Positions 54,752 through 64,000 of a DNA stretch of 64,000 nucleotides are shown piece after piece (the stretch's first letter is position 1; the number at the start of each line of letters is the position of its first letter). A model generated the notes under the pieces. It saw only the letters and a program-made list of their open reading frames with translations, did no database searches and was not told the origin of the DNA. Origin of the DNA: an uncultured delta proteobacterium (GTDB taxonomy: Bacteria; Myxococcota; B64-G9); the NCBI GenBank assembly GCA_963754925.1, contig CAVWHX010000004.1:320001-384000 (forward strand), written 5' to 3'. The position numbers and the translations under genes were made by a program.

Positions 54752-56074
54752 CTATTCCTTTACGTTCAGCCAGGTGCTCCAATGGGGCGTCGTGTACTCA
54801 CCCTTATTGTGTGAGATAGGACGCTGGTTGGTGCCATCGGCGTTCATGATATAGATTTTTGATTCTCCACTACGGGTGGAGGAGAAGACCACGTGGTTGC
54901 CGTCCGGACTGAAACGGGGATGTTCGTTGTTGCCTTGGTCCTGCGTGAGCCTGACGATTTCTCCGGTGTCGGGCTTTACCTTGAAAAGGTCATAGACCAA
55001 GCGCTCGTCGCGGGCGTTGAAGAGGATCCAATCCCCCCGCGGGGACCAGTACGGCGTTTGGTTATAGTTACCCTGAAAGGTGAGACGCTTCACATTGGTG
55101 CCGTCAACATTCATCGTGTAGATTTGCGGGGTGCCCGGCCGCTCGCTGACAAAGGCAATTTTTTGCGAGTCGGGAGAGAAGGAGGCCGACGAGTCGATGG
55201 CCCAGTCCCGGGTGAGCCGGCGGAGGTTGTTGCCGTTTGGGTCCATGGTGTAAATCTCGGCGTTATCATCGCGGCTCAAGGTTGCGGCGATTAGCTTGCC
55301 ATTGGGGGCAGCCGCCACCCCGATATTGAGGCCAGGTTCATGGCTTATAACGACGGATTTTCCGGTGGCGAGATCATAGCGATAGAGATGCGGTCCGCCA
55401 TGCAAATACGACGAGTAGTAGATAGCGCTGCCGTCGGCAGACCACGCCGGTAACAAATTGATCGAGTTGTTTTCAATGGGGCAGACCTCATTGGCGCCGT
55501 CAAAGTCCATGTAACAGATGATCTTGTTATTTGAGCCGCCAACCTTTTTGGTAAACACAATTTTCGTAAAGAATATGCTGCGTGTCCCGGTGTAGTGCGT
55601 GACAATCGCATCGGCAAACCGATGCACCATTTGTCGCAAGGCGGCCTCGGGGCCCTTGTACCGTTTGTTGAGCAATTCCCGACCAGCGGCAACGTCGTAC
55701 AGGTGTCCGTCGAGGGTGAGGTCGGTGCCGGATTTAAGCAGTCCCACCTTGACCAAACCTTCGGCGCCCACATTGATCCAATTAGCAAAATTAATAGAAT
55801 CGCCGACAATTCCCTCGCGGCTGGGATCGCCCAAAAACGAGCGCGGATCGATCAACTTGAACGTTCCAGCGATTTCGAGGTCATTGCGTAAGATTTCGCT
55901 CCCGTCGTTTATAAGCTTCTCACCGCTCGCACCGAGATCTTTTATCCCCGGAACCGCCAAAGGATAGGGCCGAAAGTTCGGGTTGTTGATCTCCAGGTAT
56001 TCTCGAGCACCTACCATGCTCGGCAATGCCCAGCCCAATAAAATTCCTACTGCGATTATGGCTCGTTTCACCAC
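54752..56074 (-). CDS. tolB: Tol-Pal beta-propeller protein TolB
   Basis: TolB_N (NDLE, HRFAD) plus PD40 repeats (PAWS, FSPD, WSPRG). Confidence 0.9.
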   Translation of the reverse strand: MVKRAIIAVGILLGWALPSMVGAREYLEINNPNFRPYPLAVPGIKDLGASGEKLINDGSEILRNDLEIAGTFKLIDPRSFLGDPSREGIVGDSINFANWINVGAEGLVKVGLLKSGTDLTLDGHLYDVAAGRELLNKRYKGPEAALRQMVHRFADAIVTHYTGTRSIFFTKIVFTKKVGGSNNKIICYMDFDGANEVCPIENNSINLLPAWSADGSAIYYSSYLHGGPHLYRYDLATGKSVVISHEPGLNIGVAAAPNGKLIAATLSRDDNAEIYTMDPNGNNLRRLTRDWAIDSSASFSPDSQKIAFVSERPGTPQIYTMNVDGTNVKRLTFQGNYNQTPYWSPRGDWILFNARDERLVYDLFKVKPDTGEIVRLTQDQGNNEHPRFSPDGNHVVFSSTRSGESKIYIMNADGTNQRPISHNKGEYTTPHWSTWLNVKE

Positions 56075-56277
56075 AGGTACTCCTTATTCTCGTCGTACCA
56101 GTATGACTGCGGGTGGATACTAGCATGCGACCGGCGTCTGTCAAGCTTACATAAAATTTAGAGGCACCTATGCAACCACCTGCCGCCTTGCAATAAGGCT
56201 CTATGTAAACGATGATTTCAGACAACAACGTAATCACACCATTGGTGTCGTCGGCGCCAAAACTCTGGAGGCAAGAA

Positions 56278-56664
56278 ATGACTATACATGTTGTTCGTCT
56301 CGGCTCTGAAAGACTTCCTCATGAGGGATTACGCATTGGCACCGTGCGGCGTCCGCCCCGTGGTGTTTTGAAAAGCGATTTCTCCTCGCACAATTGGTAC
56401 GACGTGTGGTTGCCGATGTTGTCCCCCCGGCCGGAAACAATCAAACGCGCGCAAGACGCTACGACCGAACGAGCATGGGATCGCTTCAAAAAAAGGTACC
56501 GCGCCGAGATGGCTGCGCCGGATGCGAGCAGAACGCTCGACCTGCTTGCGGCTCTCTCGCATCAAACTAACTTTTCCGTCGGTTGTTATTGCGCCGACGA
56601 GTCGCGCTGTCATCGATCGATATTGCGTTCGCTGTTGAAGGAACGAGGCGCAAAAGTTGACTAA
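56278..56664 (+). CDS. DUF488 family protein
   Basis: RIGTVRRPPRGV, W.P.LSP, CYCADESRCHRSIL. Confidence 0.85.
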   Translation: MTIHVVRLGSERLPHEGLRIGTVRRPPRGVLKSDFSSHNWYDVWLPMLSPRPETIKRAQDATTERAWDRFKKRYRAEMAAPDASRTLDLLAALSHQTNFSVGCYCADESRCHRSILRSLLKERGAKVD

Positions 56665-56675
56665 CGGTTGCGCTC

Positions 56676-57413
56676 TTACATTTTCGCCGCTCTGAAGATT
56701 AACCCAATGCCGTCGGTGGCATATTTATCAGCCAGTTCGCGGGGAGGCGGAGGAAACGGTGCGGCCTGGCGGATGGCGCCTTCGATGGCTGAATCGAATA
56801 ATTTGTTACCGGAGCTCTGCTGAAACCACAACTGCTTAAGTTTACCGTTTCTATCCACGGTGATTACCACGGTCGCCGTAAGAAACATACGTTCGCGTTC
56901 GTCGATCAGTTCTGGCAGGGTGTACCGCGCCTTGACCGATTTATAGATCTCGGTGTAGTAAACATTCCCGACCTCAGCAACGAGCGAGTCGCCTTCGGCA
57001 ACGCCATTCGGTGATCCTTGCGCTCTCTCCTTGGCGGTCCGGCCTTCCTGACGTTGCAGCGTACTGAGGGCTTTATTCATTAACTTCGAATAGTCCACCA
57101 CAGATGGCGGCGCCTTGGGCTCGGGAGGAACTGGTTTACTCGCGGCCGGCGGTTCAACTTGGGGCGCAGGCTGAGGTTGAGGAGGCGGTGTTGTTTCGAC
57201 CTCTTTACGGGGAAGGTATTCCTTTGGTTTTTCCTCACCCTTCTTAAGCAATCTGGTTATGATGGCTTTGTCTCGGATATCGTCGGTCGTGCCCTTGACC
57301 ATGCCGCCAAAGACCAACAAGAGGATCAATCCCGCATGTATCGCCGCCGATAGGGCAATCGCCCACCCGACTTTTGGATGGGGATGCAAGTAACTAAAAC
57401 GATAGGTGGTCAT
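56676..57413 (-). CDS. tolA: TolA/TonB-like energy transducer
   Basis: N-terminal TM with S..H motif (SAAIH), Pro-rich linker, SSGN..FD...AAPFPPPP C-domain; start uncertain. Confidence 0.78.
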   Translation of the reverse strand: MTTYRFSYLHPHPKVGWAIALSAAIHAGLILLLVFGGMVKGTTDDIRDKAIITRLLKKGEEKPKEYLPRKEVETTPPPQPQPAPQVEPPAASKPVPPEPKAPPSVVDYSKLMNKALSTLQRQEGRTAKERAQGSPNGVAEGDSLVAEVGNVYYTEIYKSVKARYTLPELIDERERMFLTATVVITVDRNGKLKQLWFQQSSGNKLFDSAIEGAIRQAAPFPPPPRELADKYATDGIGLIFRAAKM

Positions 57414-57447
57414 AACCGGTTTCGACGTTTGAATCAGCTCCTGTGAT

Positions 57448-57870
57448 CTACTTGTCAATTTTTACCGGCTCGGTGAGCATTCCCACTTGATCCACGCCGG
57501 CACGTTTGAGCACCGCCATTATGTCCACTACAAATCCATACGGTATAACACGATCCGCCTGCAGATATATTTCTTTGTCAGTTTTTAGTTTTTGGTTGGT
57601 CGTAAGTTTTTCTTCCAGCTCGTCTCGGGATACCTCGGTCTTGCCGATGTATATTTTCAAGTCCTTGGTAATACTAAGGATAACCCGTTGCTGATCCTCT
57701 TGAATATATTGAGCCTGGGTCTTAGGCAGATCCACTTGGACTCCCTGCTGCATCAACGGCGCGGTAACCATAAAGATGATCAGGAGCACCAACATCACAT
57801 CCACCAAGGGCGTGACATTGATTTCACTCATAGTCGTATCTGACGGACCCGGCCCTGTAGACATTGACAT
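57448..57870 (-). CDS. tolR: TolR/ExbD
   Basis: [23 protein letters not shown]. Confidence 0.93.
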   Translation of the reverse strand: MSMSTGPGPSDTTMSEINVTPLVDVMLVLLIIFMVTAPLMQQGVQVDLPKTQAQYIQEDQQRVILSITKDLKIYIGKTEVSRDELEEKLTTNQKLKTDKEIYLQADRVIPYGFVVDIMAVLKRAGVDQVGMLTEPVKIDK

Positions 57871-57891
57871 GGCGAAATTCCTTCTTGGAAA

Positions 57892-58629
57892 CTACTTTAG
57901 AAAATGGCGCTTGACGATATTCAAGAAATCATTAGAGAAGTTGTCCATTTCATTGTACAGAACCTTGATCTTCCGCACGAAGTAGTTGTAAGCCATAACC
58001 GCCGGTATGGCGGCAAATAGACCAACCGCCGTAGCAATAAGGGCGTGGGAAATTCCCGGGCCGACCGCCTCTAATGTGGCCGTTCCTGGGCGAATTTCGA
58101 TAAAGGCCTTCATAATTCCGATCACCGTGCCAAAGAGGCCGACAAACGGCGCAGTCGATCCGGTAGTGGCCAACAGGGGTACGAGGCCCTCCATGCTGGT
58201 TATTTCAGCAACGCTGGCGCGGCGAAGAGCTCGTTGAACATTCTCGATCGCCCCCATTGCATCGTACATCCCTCCGCCCGCCTCGCCTTCGGCTTGGGTT
58301 TTTTTCAGTTTGGACAGCTCGACATAACCTGCTCTAAACACTTGACTAATAGGACTTTTCTGGAATTTCTCGCTCGCTTGGTAGATCGCATCGAGACGCT
58401 TGCTGTTCCAAAAAGCCTCGAGAAACTCTATCGATTGATCTTGGGCCTGCTTGAGGGCTCGCCACTTGTAATAGATAATACCCCAGCAAGCGGCCGAGAG
58501 AGCGAGTAACAGCAGCAGCACCAATAATACCACGGGCTCGAGGATCGGGTTGATCAACTTGACCAGCCCGATCATATAACTTTCGTTCGTGGTTTGGGCA
58601 ACCAAGGCTAACCGAATCGCATCGATCAT
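57892..58629 (-). CDS. tolQ: TolQ/ExbB
   Basis: LATTGSTAPFVGLFGTV, ALIATAVGLFAAIPA. Confidence 0.93.
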   Translation of the reverse strand: MIDAIRLALVAQTTNESYMIGLVKLINPILEPVVLLVLLLLLALSAACWGIIYYKWRALKQAQDQSIEFLEAFWNSKRLDAIYQASEKFQKSPISQVFRAGYVELSKLKKTQAEGEAGGGMYDAMGAIENVQRALRRASVAEITSMEGLVPLLATTGSTAPFVGLFGTVIGIMKAFIEIRPGTATLEAVGPGISHALIATAVGLFAAIPAVMAYNYFVRKIKVLYNEMDNFSNDFLNIVKRHFLK

Positions 58630-58789
58630 AGAACGCTCCTCATTAAAACTACGTACGCTGGCATTCCTACCATATTTTTACGTGCTCAGGCAAGCATTGG
58701 GCTCAAAAACTCATAGGTGATAACAAGATTTGCGGCCATTACTTGACAGATTTTCTTTATGACGGCATGGTTTTGCACGGAGCGACGTA

Positions 58790-58902
58790 TAAGAGATTGT
58801 TGACCGAGCGAAGTGAGAATTATAAGAGACTGTTACGACCGAAGGGAGTTACCGTCTCTTATCCACCGGGCAAGCTCTTATCTCCCAGACAGTTTCTTGT
58901 CC
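58790..58902 (-). repeat. Nested cluster of the hairpin repeat (inner copy E 58823-58864 inside a split outer copy)
   Basis: TAAGAGATTGTT..GCGAAGTGAG..[TAAGAGACTGTTACGACCGAAGGGAGTTACCGTCTCTTATCC]..GCTCTTATC..ACAGTTTCTTGTCC. Confidence 0.7.
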
Positions 58903-58934
58903 CCCGAACAGGGGGGCGAGACCAAGGATGACGC

Positions 58935-61376
58935 ATGAAGCCATTTCTAGAGGTCCTCGCCGAGCGAGTTCTCATCCAAGACGGAGCCAAAGGCACCATG
59001 CTGTTCGCTCGGGGTTGGCCGGTTGAGAAGTTGCCCGATCTGTGCAACCTGGATCGACCCGATGAGGTACGCGCGATCCATCGTGCCTACGCCGCGGTTG
59101 GCTGTGATATTCTGTCAACTAATACCTTCAGTTCGATTCGACCTACTCTGGAAGAACACGGCATGGCCGATCGCTTGGCAGACCTCAACCGCCGGGGGGT
59201 TGAGCTTGCTCGGGAGGCAGCGCAGGACCGGGCATATGTCGCGGCCACCATCCCGCCAATTAGTCATTTTCTCAAACCGAGAGGTACGCTTTCCTTTGAT
59301 CAGGCAATCGAGACGTATCGGGAACAAGTGGCCATTTTGGAGGAGGCTTCTGTCGATCTCTACAAGCTTGAAACTGCCTCGGATCTGCGTGAAGTGAAGG
59401 CGGCGCTATTGGCGATACGCTCGCTGAGCAAACGTCCGGTTGTGGCGATGATGTCGTTCGGCAAAGATGGGCGCACCCTCTCGGGAACCACTCCGGAGGC
59501 AGCGGCCATCGTGCTTTCGGCTCTCGGCGCCGATGTGATTGGCGCCAATTGTTCAGTCGGGGTGGCCGAAATTTACCAAAGTTTGCTGGCCATGAGCCAG
59601 GTCAGTCACCTGCCCAAGTGCTCCCAGCCCAACAGCGGGTTGCCGAGCGAGCATGATCAGCGCCTGATCTACCCGCTCGGGCCGGAGATCTTTGCCGACT
59701 ATGTCGAGCGGTTGGTCGAGATCGGCGCCGGGATCCTCGGCGGCTGCTGTGGGACCACCCCGGATCACGTCCGCGCCATGCGCGAGCAGCTTGCACGGTT
59801 GGGTATGGCTGGCCGGCCGCGATATCACGTTCCTCCGGAGACCGGAGAAACCACCTGGCTGTGCAGCAGCACCACCCACCTGGGCATCGGCGACGCGCAT
59901 CCATTTGCCTGGATCGGCGAGCGCATTAATCCGACCCGACGCAAGCGCTTGCGCGCGGCTCTCATAGCGTCAGACATGGGACCAATCCTTCAGGAGGCCG
60001 AGGAGCAAACGCGTATGGGGGCTATGGCATTAGATGTCAATGTCGGCGTCGGCACCGAGGAGTCGGGAGCGCTGATGGATGGCGTCGTGCGCGCGTTGGA
60101 AGACATGCCGGCCCCGCCGTTGGTTCTCGATTCAGCCGATCCGGCAGTCCTGGAGGCAGGCTTACGCGCAGCAACGGGCAAGGTATTAGTCAACTCGGTG
60201 AGCGCCGAGCCGACGCGCCTTGAACGTCTGCTGCCCTTGGTAAAAAGGTACGGGGCCGCGGTAATCGGTCTATGCGTGGATGAAAACGGCGTGCCTGAAA
60301 CCGTCGGCGGGAGGGTGGCGGCCGCCGAGCGCATTCTCACCGCAGCCTCTCAGCACGGCATCGCGCGCTGTGACGTGGTGATAGATCCCGGTGTCGTATC
60401 GGTAGCTGCGGCACCTGACCAACCGGCTCAACTCCTCACCGCTATTTCCGAAATAAAGAAACGCCTCAAGGCCAACACCTGCCTCGGGCTTTCGAACATT
60501 TCGCACGGTATGCCCGATCGTCCAGCGCTGAACGCCGCCTTTCTCGCTATGGCCCTGTCCGCGGGATTGGATGCGGCTATTTTTGATCCGGGCCAGCTTG
60601 AGGTGCGCCGAGCGGCGCGTGGCGGCGCGGTTTTGTCAGGAAGAGATCCGGGTGCCGTCGAGTATCTCAAGGTTGATGAGAGCCGCCTTACCGCGCCATC
60701 GGCCCTTCCAACGGCCTCTCAAAGAACTCCCACCCCTGACGCAGCCGACGATCTCAGCGCGGCATTACTGCGGGGGGATCGAAACGGGTTGTTGACGAAG
60801 CTTAAAGGAGCCCTGGATACATACCCGGCAGGTGACATCGAGAAGGAAGCGCGCCGGCTGCTCAACCAACAGCTCCTGCCAGCCATGGATGAGCTCGGCA
60901 GGCGTTTCAAAGCCAAGGAATTATTCCTGCCCCACCTGATGGCTGCGGCTGAAGCGATGCAGGCCGCGGTCGCGCTGATTGAGCCGCGGCTCTCAAAAGA
61001 GCAGGCCGCGGCCGGGCCACTCCTGGTATTTGCCACGGTCGAGGGCGATGTTCACGACATCGGCAAGAACATCGTCAAGGCAATGCTGCAGGCAGCCGGC
61101 TTTCGGGTGCGCGATCTCGGCAAGAGCATTCCCGCCGCTGTCATTGTTCAAGCGGCGGCCGAGCACAACGCCGCGCTCGTCTGTTTGTCGGCTCTGATGA
61201 CCACGACCATGCGCAGAATGGAAGAGGTGATCACGCTCCTTAGAACCGAGGGGCACTCCGTGCCAGTTTTGGTCGGCGGGGCGGTAGTCACCGAAGGATT
61301 TGCACGCAGCATCGGGGCCGCTTATGCGGAAGACGCGATCCGCGCGGTTGATATGGTGCGCAAGCTGTTATCTTAG
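58935..61376 (+). CDS. metH: Cobalamin-dependent methionine synthase core (Hcy, pterin and B12 domains; no reactivation domain)
   Basis: DGAKGT, GANCS, GGCCGT, IGERINP, GLSNIS, EGDVHDIGKNIV, LSALMTTT. Confidence 0.88.
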   Translation: MKPFLEVLAERVLIQDGAKGTMLFARGWPVEKLPDLCNLDRPDEVRAIHRAYAAVGCDILSTNTFSSIRPTLEEHGMADRLADLNRRGVELAREAAQDRAYVAATIPPISHFLKPRGTLSFDQAIETYREQVAILEEASVDLYKLETASDLREVKAALLAIRSLSKRPVVAMMSFGKDGRTLSGTTPEAAAIVLSALGADVIGANCSVGVAEIYQSLLAMSQVSHLPKCSQPNSGLPSEHDQRLIYPLGPEIFADYVERLVEIGAGILGGCCGTTPDHVRAMREQLARLGMAGRPRYHVPPETGETTWLCSSTTHLGIGDAHPFAWIGERINPTRRKRLRAALIASDMGPILQEAEEQTRMGAMALDVNVGVGTEESGALMDGVVRALEDMPAPPLVLDSADPAVLEAGLRAATGKVLVNSVSAEPTRLERLLPLVKRYGAAVIGLCVDENGVPETVGGRVAAAERILTAASQHGIARCDVVIDPGVVSVAAAPDQPAQLLTAISEIKKRLKANTCLGLSNISHGMPDRPALNAAFLAMALSAGLDAAIFDPGQLEVRRAARGGAVLSGRDPGAVEYLKVDESRLTAPSALPTASQRTPTPDAADDLSAALLRGDRNGLLTKLKGALDTYPAGDIEKEARRLLNQQLLPAMDELGRRFKAKELFLPHLMAAAEAMQAAVALIEPRLSKEQAAAGPLLVFATVEGDVHDIGKNIVKAMLQAAGFRVRDLGKSIPAAVIVQAAAEHNAALVCLSALMTTTMRRMEEVITLLRTEGHSVPVLVGGAVVTEGFARSIGAAYAEDAIRAVDMVRKLLS

Positions 61377-61383
61377 TGCTGTT

Positions 61384-64000
61384 CTACTGCTGACGCCTGA
61401 GGACGGTGCCGCCCCACCCCACGGCCCATACATCGTTGGCGCTGCTACCCCAGACACCGTTGATGACGTTCGTCGTGCCGCTGGCCTCGGCTACCCAGGC
61501 GCTGCCGTTCCAATGCAGGATGCCGCCGAAGTTGCCCACGGCATATATATCGCCGGTTGCGCTCCCCCAAATGCTTGTGAGAGAATCGGACGTAACGCCA
61601 ACCGTACTTAACCATCCCCCTCCGTTGTAATGTATGAGGGTGCCGCTGGATGCATCGGACACTCCCACGGTCCATACATCGCTGGTCCCGCTTCCCCAGA
61701 TGCTGAAGAGCGGATTTGTATTACCGCTGGTAACGCTCGACCAACCCGAACCGTTCCAGTGGAGGGCGGTACCCATGTAGCCCACGGCCCATACATCGCT
61801 AGTTCCGCTCCCCCAGACACCCAGGAGGATTTGGGTCGTGCCGCTGGCTACGGCCGACCAGCTAGTGCCGGTCCAATGTATAATGGTGCCCTCGTCTCCA
61901 ACGGCCCAGACATCGCTCGGCCCGCTCCCCCAGATACCAACGAGAGCATCTGTCGCGCCGCTCGTTATACTAGTCCAAACGTTTCCATCCCAGTGGAGGG
62001 TAGTACCTTGGTCACCCACGACCCATACATTGTTGGTCGCAGTTCCCCAGATGCCATAGAGGTCGTTCGCCGTACCGCTGGCCACACTGGTCCAGTCGGT
62101 CGCGTCCCGATGCAGGATTGTTCCGCCCCATCCCACGGCCCAGATATCGGTCGGCCCACTACCCCAAACGGCGGAGAGGACGGGATTCGCGCTGGCGCTC
62201 ATGTCGGTCCAGGAGGTGCCGTCCCAGTGTGCGATGGCGCCTTCTTCCCCCACGGCCCAGACATTATTAGACGCGCTCCCCCAAAAGCTTAAGAGCACGC
62301 TTGTCGTGCCGGTGCTCACACTAGACCACGAGGCTCCAGACCCGTGTAAAACAGCGCCGCCTGATCCTCCTAAGTCTTCACCGGCCCAAACATCGCCGGC
62401 CCCGATTCCCCAGACACCGTAAAGGTCGTTCGTCGTGCTGGTTATATTGGTCCAGGCGCTACCGTTCCAATATACGACGGTACCAAGGAGGCCCACCGCC
62501 AACACATCAGTGGCCCCGCTGCCCCAGACGCTGGTAAGAGTGTTCGTGGTGCCACTCATGACACTGGTCCAAACGCTGCCGTTCCAGTGTACGATGGTGC
62601 CCATTTCTCCCACGGCCCAGACATCGTTGGCTGCGCTTCCCCAAACGCCCAAGAGAGAATCCATGGTACCGGTGTTGGCCACGCTAACACAGGCGCTGCC
62701 GCCGCAGTTTACAATGGTGCCATCGTAGCCCACCGCCCAAACATTGCCGGGTCCGCTCCCCCAGACGCTGACCAGCCCGCTCGTCGTGCCGCTGGTCACA
62801 CTCGCCCAGGCGCTCCCGGTCCAGTGTAGTATGATGCCCTCCGCTCCTACGGCCCAGACATCGCTGGCTCCGCTCCCCCAAACACCATGGAGTCTTTCCG
62901 TTGTACCGCTGGCCACCGTGGACCAGGCGCTGCCGGTCGAATGCAAGATGGTTCCGTTGTCTCCCACTGCCCAGACATCGGTGGCGCTGCTGCCCCAAAC
63001 ACCGTAGAAATCGTTTCCTTGCGGTAGCGGATTGTCCCAACACCAATTGTCGCTGCTGCAGATTATCGCGTTGGCCGTGAAGTTCTGACCGGTTACACTC
63101 GCATTGTTTATAGTGACCGTTCGCGTTCTCGGCGAAAACGTGTAACCGCTTTTGCTCGGTATCACCGTGTAACTGCCATTGTAAAGTCCGCTAAAAGAAT
63201 AGGCACCGTTTACATCCGTGGTCGCGCTGGCCGTCGCCGCACCGCTGAGCGATATGCTAATGCCCTGGACGAGCGCGCCACTCACCGTTCCAGAGATGCT
63301 GTAGGTCGCCACGCTTGAAATGAAGTTCTGCCCCGGCACGTTCGCGTAGTTCACCGTAATAGGGATATTCACCGGCGCAAACGTATAACCGAGTAAGCTC
63401 GGTGTCACGGTGTAGCTACCGTTATCAAGACCGCCAAAGGAGTATGCACCCGTTGCGTCCGTGGTCGTGGTCGCGGTCGCAGTTCCGCTCAGTGAAAGCG
63501 TAACGCCCGAGGCGATTGCGCCACTCACCGTTCCGGAGATGGTGTACGTCAACTTGGTCGCCACGAAGTTCTCGTTTGACATATTCGCATAGAGCACCGT
63601 CACATCGATGCTCACCGGCGCAAACGAGTAACCGAGCAAGCTCGGTGTCACCGTATACGTGCCGTTATCAAGGTCGCTAAAGGTATACGCACCGTTTGTG
63701 TCCGTGGTCGTGGTCGCAGTCGCAGCTCCGCTCAGTGAGACCGTTACGCCTGCGGCAACTGCTCCGCTTACTGTTCCGGAGATGCTGTACAGTATCTTGG
63801 TCGCCACGAAGTTCTCGTTCGGTATGTTCGCGTAGTTCACCGTAACCGGGATATTCACCGGCGCAAACGAGTAACCGTTTAGGCTCGGTGTTACCGTGTA
63901 TGTGCCATTAGCAAGGCCGCTAAAGGAGTATGCACCAAGTGCGTCCGTGGTCGTGGTTGCGGTCGCAGTTCCGCTCAGCGAAACCGTTACGCCTGCGGCA
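61384..64000 (-). CDS. Large repetitive surface protein (5' end outside the window): 81-aa beta-sandwich repeats plus 14 VWG..DVWAVG repeats
   Basis: Frame open to the window edge; 243-bp DNA periodicity; ~39-aa Trp-rich repeats after CSSDNWCWDNPLPQGN. Confidence 0.85.
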   Translation of the reverse strand, partial: AAGVTVSLSGTATATTTTDALGAYSFSGLANGTYTVTPSLNGYSFAPVNIPVTVNYANIPNENFVATKILYSISGTVSGAVAAGVTVSLSGAATATTTTDTNGAYTFSDLDNGTYTVTPSLLGYSFAPVSIDVTVLYANMSNENFVATKLTYTISGTVSGAIASGVTLSLSGTATATTTTDATGAYSFGGLDNGSYTVTPSLLGYTFAPVNIPITVNYANVPGQNFISSVATYSISGTVSGALVQGISISLSGAATASATTDVNGAYSFSGLYNGSYTVIPSKSGYTFSPRTRTVTINNASVTGQNFTANAIICSSDNWCWDNPLPQGNDFYGVWGSSATDVWAVGDNGTILHSTGSAWSTVASGTTERLHGVWGSGASDVWAVGAEGIILHWTGSAWASVTSGTTSGLVSVWGSGPGNVWAVGYDGTIVNCGGSACVSVANTGTMDSLLGVWGSAANDVWAVGEMGTIVHWNGSVWTSVMSGTTNTLTSVWGSGATDVLAVGLLGTVVYWNGSAWTNITSTTNDLYGVWGIGAGDVWAGEDLGGSGGAVLHGSGASWSSVSTGTTSVLLSFWGSASNNVWAVGEEGAIAHWDGTSWTDMSASANPVLSAVWGSGPTDIWAVGWGGTILHRDATDWTSVASGTANDLYGIWGTATNNVWVVGDQGTTLHWDGNVWTSITSGATDALVGIWGSGPSDVWAVGDEGTIIHWTGTSWSAVASGTTQILLGVWGSGTSDVWAVGYMGTALHWNGSGWSSVTSGNTNPLFSIWGSGTSDVWTVGVSDASSGTLIHYNGGGWLSTVGVTSDSLTSIWGSATGDIYAVGNFGGILHWNGSAWVAEASGTTNVINGVWGSSANDVWAVGWGGTVLRRQQ

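Noticed and set aside
58763..58778. Sigma-54 promoter before metH (CGGCATGGTTTTGC)
   Set aside because: GG-to-GC spacing is 9 nt instead of the required 10.
58855..58935. SAM-I riboswitch upstream of metH (CTCTTATC start)
   Set aside because: CTCTTATCC is the end of the dispersed repeat and also occurs at unrelated loci. The remaining SAM-I core (GAGGGA..GCCC, GCAACC, GTGC) is absent.
61400..64000. CRISPR-like or non-coding tandem array
   Set aside because: The repeats are in-frame protein repeats (243 bp and ~117 bp) with codon-level divergence; there are no identical repeats with unique spacers and no cas genes.

Overview
GC-rich chromosomal segment, probably from a Myxococcota-like deltaproteobacterium. 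This is inferred from CdnL-type CarD, a SofG-like GTPase, DifA/DifC-like proteins and a MYXO-CTERM-like tail, all recognised from memory of the families rather than by database search. Most of the window is housekeeping: three parvulin/SurA foldases with pdxA and uvrA, panC, smpB, manC, dgt, rnr, purB, queH, ctpA, fadD, apgM, tol-pal and metH. At least 8 single-base frameshifts, many in homopolymers, suggest an unpolished long-read assembly; one of them creates a false Lon-MFS fusion ORF. Three things stand out. (1) An AT-richer accessory island after purB (27.3-33.4 kb) carries a BrnT/BrnA-like toxin-antitoxin pair, an uncharacterised 391-aa protein with a HEPN-type RxxxxH motif, and a type II R-M pair. 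Its endonuclease is cleanly split by an IS3-family element with a 4-bp ATGT duplication. (2) A dispersed ~44-bp REP/MITE-like hairpin family (GGAYAAGAG head) occurs in at least 5 full copies, with a compensatory base change, inverted pairing, nesting and overlap with stop codons. (3) A compact operon encodes a SofG-like GTPase, a PocR histidine kinase, a DifA-like MCP and a DifC-like CheW, with no CheA, CheY, MglB or response regulator. No rRNA, tRNA or CRISPR array was recognised.
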